Origin: Eledone cirrhosa
Taxonomy: Eukaryota
Reading direction: 5' to 3'
DNA length: 64,000 nucleotides
NCBI GenBank assembly: GCA_964016885.1
Contig: OZ024740.1
Coordinates: 373,736,001-373,800,000 of the forward strand
The notes beneath the pieces were generated by a model. The model made no database searches, was not told where the DNA came from, and saw only the letters and a list, made by a program, of their open reading frames with translations. The translations under genes and the position numbers were made by a program. Of the stretch, positions 12,370-24,903 are shown piece after piece. The number at the start of each line of letters is the position of its first letter. Within the stretch, counting starts at the first letter, position 1.

Positions 12370-15300
12370 CTATTTTAAACATAACCTCACTCAGAATAGG
12401 CAGCATAAATGCGCGTGGCTTGGGGTCGTCGTGGAAGCAGGGTCACCTGCTCAACGACCTCAGGTCACTAAACATAGATGTGTGTGGCCATCAGCGAGAC
12501 CAGAATCTCAGAAGCACGGGCCTTCGCACCGATCTTCGGCGGCTACGATGTGTACGCATCTCCCAGCCGTCCTGGATCGGGGGAGGAGTTGCTGTGCTTT
12601 TTCGGAGAGGTTTGGATCTCGCCATACGGGCCATCTTCCTGGACCCAGAGGGTAAGCTGGTGGTGCTGGACGTGACCAGCAGAGACGGGCAATATTTCAG
12701 GCTAGTGGCCGTCTATGCCCCGACAGGAGCAGGGCGGCCTGATTTCTTCCAGCGTCTGGAGACCTTTCTTGGAACGTCCCGCTCTTTAGTGTTAGTGGGT
12801 GACTGGAACGGGATCTTAGATGCACGCTGGGACTGTGTGGGATTAGCGGATAGGGGTTTTGAACAGGCGTTTTGAACTGTCTGACAGGTACCCATTGGAT
12901 TTCCCGAATGTGCCGATGTGGACTTGGACAAATCGCATAGGGTCATCCAGATCATATCTAGATAGAGTAGTTTGTAGGGAAATAGATAGGTCTAGCACAG
13001 GCTGTCCACAATTCAAGATAGTCAGCTACACGGACCACAAATTCGTGATCTGTGTGCTTGACTTAGATAGGCTTCATACACGAGGACCCGGCTACTGGAA
13101 GCTAAACGCGTCCTTACCAGCGCGCAAGGCCTACAGAGACCGGATTAGCGAACTAGTTAAGCGGGCGTTGACGGGGGCCATCGTCAACAACAAGTGGTGG
13201 TTTGCTCTGAAAAGAGCGATTAGAATAGAATCCATTAGGTTTAATAAGGCTTTAGCAATAGAGAAAAATAGAGCAGAGGGAGAACTAGTTAGACAATTAG
13301 ACGAGACGCTTAGCGAAGGCATTGCGACCGACGTGCTTGCGGCGAAATTGGCCCTTGACCAATTCTTCAATGCAAAGCACGAAGGCTGCGTTGTCAGAGC
13401 AAGGGTGCGTGCTCTCAGACACGAGGGGACGAAAGCCGTTCAATGGGCCCGAGTGGCGGAGGCGCGTCGTGGCAACAAAGCCACGATCCGGTCTTTGATG
13501 GACCATGACGGGCGCATGCTACTCGATCCCGGGCAAATGTGTGAAGCTCTTCAGCGACACTTCGCTCAGCTGTTCGGGGGCAGCGGTGGGCCGGGTCGAG
13601 GGATGGACTTTAGTGTCTACCTCGACGGACTACCTGGTTTGGATGGTCTGCCCTATGAACTTTACGTACAGATGCCAGACTTGTTCGGAGGCCTCTTGGC
13701 GGACGTCTACTGCAACTGGTAACAGAACGGGATAATTCCCAGTTCTGTGAGCCGAGGAGCGGTGGCACTGCTGAGAAAGGATCCGAACCATGGGGATAAC
13801 ATAGATAAAATGCGGCCCATATCTCTGCTAAACACAGAGTTCAAGATTTTGGCCAAGGTGCTAGCAAAGAGGTTGGCACTTGTCGTTGGTGGTCTGGTGG
13901 GAGAGGCGCAGACATGCGCCATTCCCGACAGATCCATCTACAACAACCTCCAACTCATGCGATACATCGTAGAAAGGGTAGCTAGGGAACCTGGAACGGG
14001 TGGGTCCTTGATCAATTTAGAACAGTCGAAAGATTTCGATAAGGTCGACCATCGTTACCTAGCGGCAGTCCTGAGGGCGGCTGGCTTTGGGCCCGTCTTC
14101 AGAGGCTGGATCGCTGCCATGCACAGCGATATCTGCTCTGTGGTGAGAGTGAACGGTCACCTGTCGGAACCGTTCAACATCATGCGCTCGGTCCGCCAAG
14201 AATGTCCCCTCTCGTCCCTCTTGTACGTATTGACTCTCGAGCCATTACTGCACAAACTGGAGACGTTGAGGGAGTCCCGCGCGAACTAGGATGCGGAAGA
14301 TCCGTGTCGGCATATGCGGACGATGTCACCGTCGTGGTGTCGAACGCCAAACACATCGAGGCGATCGGCACTACACTAAGAGAGTACGAAGCGGTGACAG
14401 GAGCAATGATCAACCAGGAAAAGTCAGTGGGCTTGCAGCTCGGCCCCAGGAGAGGCACGTCCATGCCGTCCAAAAGCGTCGTCGGACGCTGGACGGACGG
14501 ACCGGTTAAATTGCTAGAGGTCTGGTTCGGTCCGGACCTCCAGACGGACAAAAGGTGGGACGAGTTGACGAGCAGGGTGGCTTATCTCACCCAGAAATGG
14601 GCGGAGAGGAAGCTATCCCTGAAAGGTCGAGCGGAGGTGGCTAACGCGTACATCGCGTCTGTCATCTGCTACCGGCTGACCGTCGTACCTTGTCCTAAGC
14701 CTTGGCTGACTGCGCTGGAGCGTTTGCTCTTTCGCTTTTTGTGGAAAGGACGCGCTCTGATGGTCAGGCGGTCCATCTGTTGTCAACACCCGCTAAGTGG
14801 AGGGCTGGGCATGCCGTGACTGATGATGCGCAGGCACGCGCTCAGGTTACGACATCTCCACCTCTTCCTCGACGGTGAATAGGTGTGGTCGCCGTTGGCT
14901 AGACACGTATTTCCCAGCTCGTTTCCTTGACGGAGCTGCAGTCCTGGGTCAAGTGAAGACCGAGAGGGAGCGCCTGGAGACTGGAATGTCTTCAGCCGCA
15001 CGCAGCCCTCGACCAATCGGGCAATGTGATCGGTGGAAACTCCACCTCGGCGTTCTATAGAGGATTAGTGGAGGGGAAGAGCGACGACGTACTTGGGGAA
15101 TCTCTAGGCGTCGACTAAAATCAACTAGCCAATCTCTTCGGAAGAACTTTCGGGCCAGGGCCTATGGACAACTTCCAGAAATCTCTGGCCTGGCAGTGCT
15201 ACCGAGGAACCTTGCCAGTTCGGGATAAACTCTACAGGCATTGAGGTGCCGTCAGCCGGGCATGTCGAGATGCGCGCAGGGCGACGAAACCGTTCTGCAC

Positions 15301-15678
15301 GCACTCGTCCAGTGTCCGAAAATTCCTGACTTGTGGGTTTATGTCGAACACCTGCTGTCGCGTTTAGGACGGATCCGGCTATCATCTGAGTCCATCGTGA
15401 GGATGGCCCCGCCCTCCTCCTTTAGCCGGGAAGAGCAGGCAGTTTTTATCTGTCTGGTGGCCATGGCGAAAGAGATAGTATGGTGAACACGTTTGAAAGG
15501 GCTGAAGACGAGCACTTACCTCTTCGGTGATGCTCTGAGTGACTTTTTGAAATTTCATTTGAAAAGGAAAATCAGAGTAGAGAGGGAAGTGCTCTCTTGC
15601 CAGCATGTTGTTGAAAGATGGGTGAAAGAAGCAAGAATGGCCCGAGTGAATGGGCCTACTCTGAGTATATATCTGTAA
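12370..15678 (+). pseudogene. Tx1 LINE ORF2 (APE endonuclease, reverse transcriptase, zinc finger), disrupted
   Basis: Consecutive ORF fragments 12420-12875, 12859-13722, 13747-14289, 14202-14819 and 15241-15678, including LSLKGRAEVANAYIAS and DETVLHALVQC. Confidence 0.85.
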
Positions 15679-15966
15679 ATTAAAGGTGGAAAACTGGGAG
15701 AGGGCACTTGCCTTGGTGGTCAGGGTCATTGTGGCCTTTTACTGGGCTTTCTCCACAAATGTCCCTCCGAAGTCTTCCCCCTATTGGGGAATTTTACATT
15801 GTTATTTTTTGTTACATCCTCTGTTCTTGTTTTTTACACGCAGAAATGCCCATTTGTACCGTCCTGTATTGTCCTGCACTGTCCTTAATGTCTACTTTAT
15901 GTAAACCCTTGTGGTTAATAAATAAATCATTATTATTATTATTATTATTATTATTGTTATTGTTAT

Positions 15967-17278
15967 TCCTTGAATCTCAGTCATTGATGTTGGTTAACTG
16001 GAAAGTCCGTTGGATTGAATATCAAGCCACTACCTGCAGCCTCAGATATTCAGGACGTATCGGAGGGTTCTTGCCGTTCCAAGCAAGCATGACTTTTGAA
16101 GCGTTCCAAAAAGCGTGAAGGGGCCGATTTTCTTTAACCATACCTGGAAACCTTTGGAGCTAGTCCCCAGTGCGCCTATGACAATCGGCATCACTTTGAC
16201 TTCATGGCAGTTCCAAATCCTTTTCACCTCCCACTTTAGTTCCTGGTATCGGTTAATTTTCTCCCTCTCCTTCTCTTGCACTCTCGTGTCGAACGGGCAG
16301 GCCACATCCACAATCAGGCACGATCTTTTTTCTTTGTCCACAACCACCAGGTCAGGTCTATTGTATTCCAGTTTTTTGTCCGTCTGTATCCTAAAATCCC
16401 ACAGCACCTTCACCTGACTGTTCTCCATCACCGCCTCTGGCCTATGCTCATACCATTTCTCAGAATGTGGTAGATTGTTTACTTTGCACAGGTGCCAGTG
16501 GATCACCCTGCCCATCACATCGTGTCTCCAGCCCTTATAGTGGGTCTGGGCTAGGTGTTTACACTCGGACACAATGTGAGCCACAGTCTCCTCTCTCTCT
16601 CCACAGATCCTGCACAGTGGGCTAGCCTCCTCCTTGTAGATATGGTGCTTCAACCACTTCGTTTTGAGGGCCTGCTCCCGCGCAGCCATTAGCATTCCTT
16701 CTGTAGCCTTTTTGAGGTCTCCTCTTCTCAACCAGTTCCATGTCTGTGGATCTCTAAATTCAGTTTTCTCAAAGAAGGTACTATGAAGGGATTTTCCCTT
16801 AAGGCTGCTCTTCCTCCTTGATGTTATTTCCTCCTTGGGTATCCCCTGGCCTACTGTCCCCTCCTTCAGTACAGCTCTGAGCATTGGCTCCTTACTATAG
16901 GTCACGTATTTGTATAGGTTGTTTTTCTCCATCTGAACACAGTCCTCTATGCTGATAAGCCCTCTTCCACCCTCAGATCTCCTTAGGTAGAGTCTATCGA
17001 CATCACTCCTCTTGTGGAACATGTTGTAGATAGTCAATAGCTTCCTAGTCTTCCTATCCATTTCTTTTTGTTCAGCAACATTCCATCTCAGAATTCCCGC
17101 ACTGTACCTAATAATAGACACAGCTCGGGAATTTACTGCGCTTATGGCATTTCTGCTGTTCAGATGTGACTTCAAGACGCTCCTTACTCTCCGAATGTAT
17201 TCAGTTCTTAACAATTCCTTCATTTTTTTGTTCTTTATGCCATCAGCCTCCAGAACGCCCAAATACTTGTATCCTTCC
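15967..17278 (-). mobile_element. R4/Dong LINE, 5'-truncated (copy C) with an open C-terminal frame
   Basis: 406-aa ORF 16042-17262: post-RT region, CRICGEREETVAHIVSEC zinc knuckle, RHD, RPDLVV..DVACP RLE. (AAT)n on both sides. Confidence 0.92.
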
Positions 17279-17320
<42 letters not shown>

Positions 17321-18460
17321 GAATACTGTGATTATAATTAATATTATTTTCATTATTTTTTCTATATACTCAATATTATTGTTATATCCAGCATTACGTA
17401 AATCTTCATTATAATATACGGCTTTACTATTAAATATAGATCTATTAGCAGATAGTCTGGATATTCGTTGTTGTAAACTGTTTACTATTGCATACTTAAC
17501 ACTTTTAGGATGATTAGAATACAAACTAACATAATTTAAGTTCTCATTGTGTTTATGGAAATGATAATAAAGGCCTGAGTTCAAATTAAGAGTTACATCT
17601 AAACAATTAACTATTTTATTGTTATTTTCTACTTCTAATTTCAGGTCGTAATTTAAAAAAAATTCGATTATTACTTTCTTTACGCTATTTAATTCGCTAT
17701 TATTATGTTTTTCTACAGTAAATAATATGTCGTCTCTATATAAACCACCGGTAAGCTCCGGGAGTTTTCAATTTATCATGTTAAGGATGAAAATTCCAAC
17801 AAGATCGGTAACTTGCGCCAAATCAGACGAGCCCATAGTAATATCAAAGTTCTTCTGCCTATCTGATCTAGTCCAAAGATCATTATTAAAATCTATCAAT
17901 GGTGGTGGATTGGCAGTATCGGTAGAGAGTCGGACGCCATGCTTTCCAGCATAGTTACGTCTCTTTGCGGTCTGAGTTCAAATCCAGCCGAGGCTAACTT
18001 TTCCTTTCATCCTTACGGGGTCGATAAAATAAAGTACCAGTAATGTACTGGGTAATCGACGGCCTTGTGCCAAAAGTAGAAACAATTATTAAAATCTATC
18101 AATGTTCGCCTTGCTGTTAAAATAATATGTATCTCAACACTAGATAGATCGTGTGTTTATATGCATATAATAGCGCCTTATGTAGGAGGTAAGGAGTTAT
18201 CGAGGAATAATAACTCGCTATGTCCATTTGAATGAACTTATGATTATTTTTATTTTCGATATTATTGAACCAATCTATGACTTCACTAGTGCCCTTCCAT
18301 AGATTTAGCCTTGACCTCAATTTAAGCTTTGGTAAAATCCTATCTATTATGTTTTTCCTAATTATTCCGAGATCTGATTTCGAAGGTGCAATAAGTCTAA
18401 CAGGTAAGTTCTCTTCAAAATTTGTTTTATGGTGCTTACAATGTATCCACAGTTAGATAT
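17321..18460 (-). mobile_element. Penelope-like element, RT portion (5' part of the element continued at 5655-7920)
   Basis: NLWKGTSEVIDWF..KFIQMDIASYYSSIT, FDITMGS, GLYRDD, SNHPKSV..EDLRNAGY. Interrupted by a SINE. Confidence 0.85.
17901..18084 (+). mobile_element. full-length tRNA-type SINE with 19-bp target-site duplication (TSD)
   Basis: Box A-like tggcagtatcggtag and box B-like gagttcaaatcc. TSD attattaaaatctatcaat at 17882-17900 and 18085-18103. Confidence 0.9.
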
Positions 18461-18945
18461 CTAAAGTTTTTTTCCATTGATCTTGTAGTACTGGATGTCA
18501 TTTTTTGTTTCTTTCCTTAACTCATCGGTTACAAGTTTGTGTATGTTTTCTACAGTCTCAACATGAAGAACCAACTTCGATTTCAATTTGTGGAAGCGGT
18601 GAAAATGAGAGGGAGTTGGATGTATTGAGTTGGATCTATTGAGAGTGTCTGGAGGAATGTGCATATTCTTCTTCACCAGAAATTCTCCAATTGAAAGTGT
18701 GGTGTGTGCAGTCGCTTTATTGCTTTGCAGTACTCAATCTACTGCAATGTCCTTTGAGACACGGTGGACACATTTTTGAAGTCTTACCAAGTAATTTTGT
18801 AACAGATGCGGTTAACTCTCTGTTCTGGAAGTAAAAATTCTTATGAACAATACCATGGCTGTCAAAAAAGAATGATAATCATTGTTTCCACCCTGGATCT
18901 GCTCAAGTGTGCTTTTTTGGACGACGAGAACCATGTGCAAATGGT
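18461..18945 (-). mobile_element. degenerate mariner-type transposase fragment
   Basis: Minus-strand FFDSHGIVHK and a decayed SPDL/PSDF..F.KLKS region (PTPSHFHRFHKLKSKL). Confidence 0.65.
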
Positions 18946-19399
18946 CTGTTAAAATTCAGTCAACTGCATTTTTATCCAGGCCAGCCTTTTCTGCGCAAAA
19001 ATATATATATAGTTAAATATGTATAGTTGAATATAGATAGATTGTGTTCAATAATACCCCAACTTTAACATATATATATTTTTTTTTTTACAAACCTGCA
19101 TTCCCTCTTATTCTTCCCATTCCGCTATGACGTTCGTAACATACCTTTCAAATTATTATAGGATAACTACAATTTTGTGTCCTAAAGAACCTTTTTATAA
19201 TGGGTTGTAAAGTTCATAGGAAAGAAATCTCTTTCCTAAAGCGTTCAACAATGGCGACGGAATTGTGAAAAAAAAATTTGTGTATTTGTTCCCAACATAT
19301 ATTAAGATACCGTTTAAAGGAGAAAATAAATAAGTAAATATAAATGTGGTGTTCGTATCGATATTACGTTGAAATAAAGAGCTGATAGGAATCTCAACG

Positions 19400-19900
19400 A
19401 TTCTCTCAAGCAAAAGATTTATCAATATACTTTTTGATAATTTTATGATGTATACTATATGTCTTGCTATAGGGAAAAAAGTAACACTTGGTTTATCATT
19501 TTATTTAGTATATTCAGTACAATAGTTCCACCAACATTTAAATGCAGCATATAATGAATTTATTTCATGTGGGTATAGCAGAATTGACTGCGTAACGTTG
19601 AATGGATAATTTTTAACACAAATGAAACGAACAATTCCGTCCCCTAATATATCATTCTGATATTTCTTTAGTATACCAGAGAGTTCTATTCGTCCCCATC
19701 AGCTATAATTTTGTGCTACAAAGCACAATTATAGAACGTAATATTTAATGAAAATATATATCATGTGACATTGATTATTACGTTAGAGGAAACACCGTAT
19801 AATGTTCAATACGCGCTCACGTGAATGGAACCAACTGTAATTGGTACTAAAATGTTGCGCAGCAGCAATTAACTATAATAACATGTTATTAGCGTGATGA
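19400..19900 (-). pseudogene. possible decayed 7TM GPCR paralog fragment
   Basis: cgctcacgtgaatggaa (19814) resembles cgctcactcatggaa (50158). TELFV lies at the offset expected for the TM6 YAKLLV motif. Confidence 0.25.
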
Positions 19901-20131
19901 AGATACGTTAACATATATATATATATAAAAAACATTACAGTATTTTTCTCCCCTCTCTCTTGCTGAATCTCTATTACTCTATTTATCTATTTATATATCT
20001 ATCATTCCATCTATGTATCTACGTATCTTCCACATGTTCTCCTTCTGTCTATCAATCTATCTATCACCAGAGAAATATAAAAAAGTGAGAGAGAAAAAGA
20101 GAGGATATGAGAAATAGATATAGAGGAATAA

Positions 20132-20268
20132 TTTGGTATTTTTTATCGACTTCGAAAGGTTGAAAAACAAAGTTAACTTTGGCGGGATCTGAAATCAGAG
20201 AGCAGAGAGCCAGAAAAAATATCACAAAGCATTCTATATGTCATTCTAATAGTTCTGCCAACTCACTG
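20132..20268 (-). mobile_element. diverged SINE copy
   Basis: tggta..ttttatcgac..cgaaagg.tgaaa..caaagttaac.ttggcgggat matches the SINE on the minus strand. Confidence 0.65.
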
Positions 20269-20273
20269 CCCAC

Positions 20274-20337
<64 letters not shown>

Positions 20338-20339
<2 letters not shown>

Positions 20340-20622
20340 TGATTCCCGACACCTCAGTATGCAGATTGGAACACTCGACGAAGTGCGCAGGTTAGTTTAC
20401 TCCGAATAAGGATAGCCACTCATCCAGGATCTGGACATATCGATGTATTGACGGAGTAAAACACACTTCAACAACATGTGTACATGTCTTTTCCACACCA
20501 ATTCGGACTGCCTGAAGAGGTCACATCCAATGATGGCTGTCACCGAAATATATGTAGCAGTATATCTATAATTTATGATAAACGAAGCCAAATTTTACAT
20601 ATTTGACTTAATTATTTTATTA
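20338..20622 (+). mobile_element. ~285-bp non-autonomous hammerhead-bearing element in (TA)n
   Basis: Same sequence family as 43820-44290. Contains an intact hammerhead and no convincing ORF. Confidence 0.75.
20507..20561 (+). ncRNA. type I hammerhead ribozyme
   Basis: actgc-CTGAAGA-ggtcaca..tgtcacc-GAAA-tatat-GTA-gcagt. Stem I (actgc/gcagt) is perfect; predicted cleavage after 20556. Confidence 0.8.
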
Positions 20623-21181
20623 TATATATATATAATTATTTTATATATATATATGTATATATATATAATTACATAATAAATAACCCAATATACTTATTCC
20701 ATTACCATACGTACGTCTATATATCACTGCTGTAACCAATTATACATAACATTTCCCATCGACTGGTTGCTCCTACAGTGAGTCATTTCTATCAAATTTA
20801 TGCTACAGCATCACTCTCTGATCTCCCATCAAACCGCTCAATTGAGTAACATAAATCCAAAGACCCTTCGGAGGAACCCCATTTCGGACGCTTGTATTGA
20901 AATAACCACCCAAAAACGCTTGAAAACAACTTCGAAATCATTTAAATCAAAATGTTATGCCAAAGAGAGAAAATTGGAACGTTTTCCACTGAAGGTTCCT
21001 TAAACCCTGATGGATGGAATTTTAGGTCCCGAAATATTGGACAGATAAAAGAGCAACATCAGCAACAACAAAAAAAAAACAAAGTTACCAGGTAACGTTT
21101 ACTTTTCGTTACCTCATCTTACAGTAAATTTTGCGTTCTTTAGACTTCTATCTCTTTTAACGATATACATACATTCATATA

Positions 21182-21257
<76 letters not shown>

Positions 21258-21260
<3 letters not shown>

Positions 21261-23285
21261 TCTTGGATGATAGAGGCCCTCCAACTTACTAAAGTCACAG
21301 ACATTATTGTCAGAGCCATAGAGAGGCTGTCTTCTTCTTGGACTACTATCCTAAGGTTAAAGACAAAGAGGGAGGACTCTATTTTCACTGATAAAATAAA
21401 ATATTGCAGTGGTATATTTCAGGAGGACAGTCTCTCTGTGATATTATTCATCTTGTCATTGAACCCCTTGTCCTTTCTGCTCAAGAAATGTGAGGGAGAC
21501 ATCATTGGCCCACAGGAGGCCAGAAATACAAACCTAGCCCATAATTTCTTTGTGGACGATCTGAAACTCTATGCCAAGATCATGGATGGGATGAAGAAAA
21601 TCTTGTCCTGGTTACAACGTTCTCAAAGGATATAGGAATGGAGTTTGGCCAATATAATTGCTCATACATGATTGTAAAGCGGGGCAAAACAACAACACCA
21701 TCTAGCAATATTGTCATCAATGCCCTAACTGTTTCACCAATATCTGCTGAGGACTGCTACAGATACCTGGGGACAGATGAGAACATATCCTATAATGGTA
21801 TCTGTAATAAAGAACGAGTAACCAGGAAATACTGCACCTGATTAAGAAAGATCTGGTCATCGGAACTGTCTGGGCAAAACAAAACAGTGGCTCACACTGC
21901 GTTTGCTGTGCCTGTCCTAACACCAACGTTTGGAATACTCAATTGGACGATAGAAGAAAGCCAATGTTGGAACTCGAAAAATACTGAACAACACCGGAAA
22001 CTTCCACATCAACAGTGACACAGACCGCCTTTACTTGAAAAGTAAGCAAGGAGTCAGAGGCCTAACATCAGTCCAGAAAACATTTGAATGTCGCATCATA
22101 TCTCTCCGACAACATCTAGGAATCTCGAAGCGGAGGAGTCCGTTTCTCGAGCAATTCCATCTGCATGAAACAGATAAGATCATGAGAGTTGGGAAGGAAC
22201 CCCTCGAGAGATATTCCCCGTGTGATAATCAAAAGCTCACACCCAGGGATGTCGCTCAGCAGTATCGAAGTGAATCAATGCATGAAAAACTGCATGCTTA
22301 TCAGCAAAAAATCATGCATGGATATGTTGCCACGAAGCTCCAGAGTGAGAGTAATATAGATAGGGAAAGTAGTCTATCTTGGACCAACAACCGCTATATT
22401 GGCTCCCACTTTGAAGGATACGCTTTTGCAATCCAGGAACAGGAGATTAACACGAAATACCTGATTCAAAAAAGAGATATGGATGCAGGCAAAACACCTA
22501 GATGTGATAACAAGTGCAGACTCTGCAGAACTAACATCGAGGATATCACCCATGTCATGAGCAGCTGTCCAAAGATGTCATCGCGGTGCTATCTACCTAT
22601 GAGACATGATGTAGTGGCCAAAACATTGTACAATGCTGTTCGTAAAAAAGATAGCCCCGATAATAAACACATGAATAGCTACAACAATGTGGAAGACATC
22701 CATGTACATAATATGAAAAAGTACTGGCGGTATGTTCCAGTAAAATCCCCAATAAAATGCAGGCATAACAGACCAGATATTATGATATGCGTCTGGGAGA
22801 AGAATACATGCACAGTAGTGGAAATTAGCTGCCCAGCAGATACCAATATAATATCAAAGATTAGTGAAAAGGAGAATATGTATGTAGAACTGATGAGAAC
22901 TCTGCAGATACTCCACCATGATTACACCTTCAGATGTATGCCTGTGAGTACTAGGGCACTGGGGTATGTTAGTAACTGCCTCAATACAAATCTTGAGAAG
23001 TTAGGCTTCACATGAACAGAAAAAACACAACTAGTTAGGAAATTACAAGCACAATCCATTAATGGAACAGTAAAAATATGTAAAACATTCCAAAAATGCT
23101 GCATTTAATAACTGCATATACACATGTACACATACAATAACATCCATATCTGCAAATGCATGCATACATACATATCTAAATAGTTGATGTTGTGTAAATT
23201 ACAATGAGAGGGTCTTGTGTCTATGTTAGAAACCGACTCTCACTGTATTGGGAAAATTTTGTGAAATTACAAGACCATAAGAACG

Positions 23286-23288
<3 letters not shown>
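21258..23288 (+). mobile_element. second R4-clade LINE family, 5'-truncated, flanked by (TA)n
   Basis: GIFQEDSLSVILFILSLNPLS and FFVDDLKLY (RT), CRLC..DITHVMSSC, RHD, RPDI..VVEISCP (RLE). Multiple stops. Confidence 0.88.
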
Positions 23289-23345
<57 letters not shown>

Positions 23346-23348
23346 CAT

Positions 23349-23399
<51 letters not shown>

Positions 23400-23400
23400 G

Positions 23401-23817
<417 letters not shown>

Positions 23818-23913
23818 CATACATACACATATATAAATATACATACATATGTATATATATATATATATATATCGATACATATATATATACACATATATAC
23901 ATATATACATACA

Positions 23914-23983
<70 letters not shown>

Positions 23984-24822
23984 CGGAGAGAGAGATACAT
24001 ATATATATATATATATATACATGTCTGTGTGTGTGTGTACATAATGATCCATGTGGGTAAGTGCTATGCTAGGAGATAATCTTTTCCAGAAACATGAACA
24101 AGGTGATATTAACTTGTTAATATGAATGCAATCAGATCTAAAAAAATGTAATTAAAGACGTGAACTGGGACATCATCACACAAACGTTAGTGGTGGTCAT
24201 TTGAAATGTTTATCCCTCAGTTCAGTGCAAATTTCGTTGTCCTTAAGAAGTAGTTGTATTGTTCCTAAGAAATACAGGAAGAAGTATGTTTTACAGAATA
24301 ATATCTAATTATTATATGAAAATTTCAAAGTTCAGTTATTTTATCCAAATAATATAGACCAATTGAAAAGTTAATCATTGAAATAATACACATTGGTGTG
24401 TTTAGAAAACGCTCCCAAAAGCAACCACTATTGTCTGTACATCTCATTTAAAAAATGACATCGACAAACCAGGTGAACGCCACACATTATTTGTGCTAAT
24501 AGCAATTTTCTTTAAAACAAAACTGAACAGTTGGAATTCAATTTCTGAGCCAATAATACAAGTTACTAACTCAAATTTTACGAGGACACTTTTGGCATTC
24601 CATAATAATAGAATAAATGAAATGTATGCTATTACATATAGTATACGTTGAATATGAATTATTCAACACGAATATCCTCAACACATATAATGGTAATTGT
24701 TTCAAGCTATAACGTGTATTTAGTAGAGTAAGGTTACTTATCAGAATTATCAAAATGTCTTTTAGACTGGTAAATCGGACAGATATTTTGTAACAACTTG
24801 AATATTTTGCATAAATCGTCTA

Positions 24823-24823
24823 A

Positions 24824-24903
<80 letters not shown>
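24823..24903. repeat. (TAG)n microsatellite
   Basis: Directly visible. Confidence 0.95.

Larger units (their letters stand above)
10034..15928 (+). mobile_element. near-full-length Tx1-clade (L1 group) LINE inserted in (ATT)n, decayed
   Basis: Structured 5' UTR, ORF1 with a zinc knuckle, and ORF2 with APE (LVAVYAP, VGDWN, SYLDR, YTDH), RT (RPISLLNTEFKILAKVLA, SAYADDV) and a C-terminal zinc finger. Ends aataaatc(ATT)n. Paralog at 55571-60321 has the same 5' end. Confidence 0.9.

Noticed and set aside
17901-17990. tRNA-like box A and box B sequence
   Set aside because: Part of a multi-copy SINE with a tail and TSD; no full cloverleaf.
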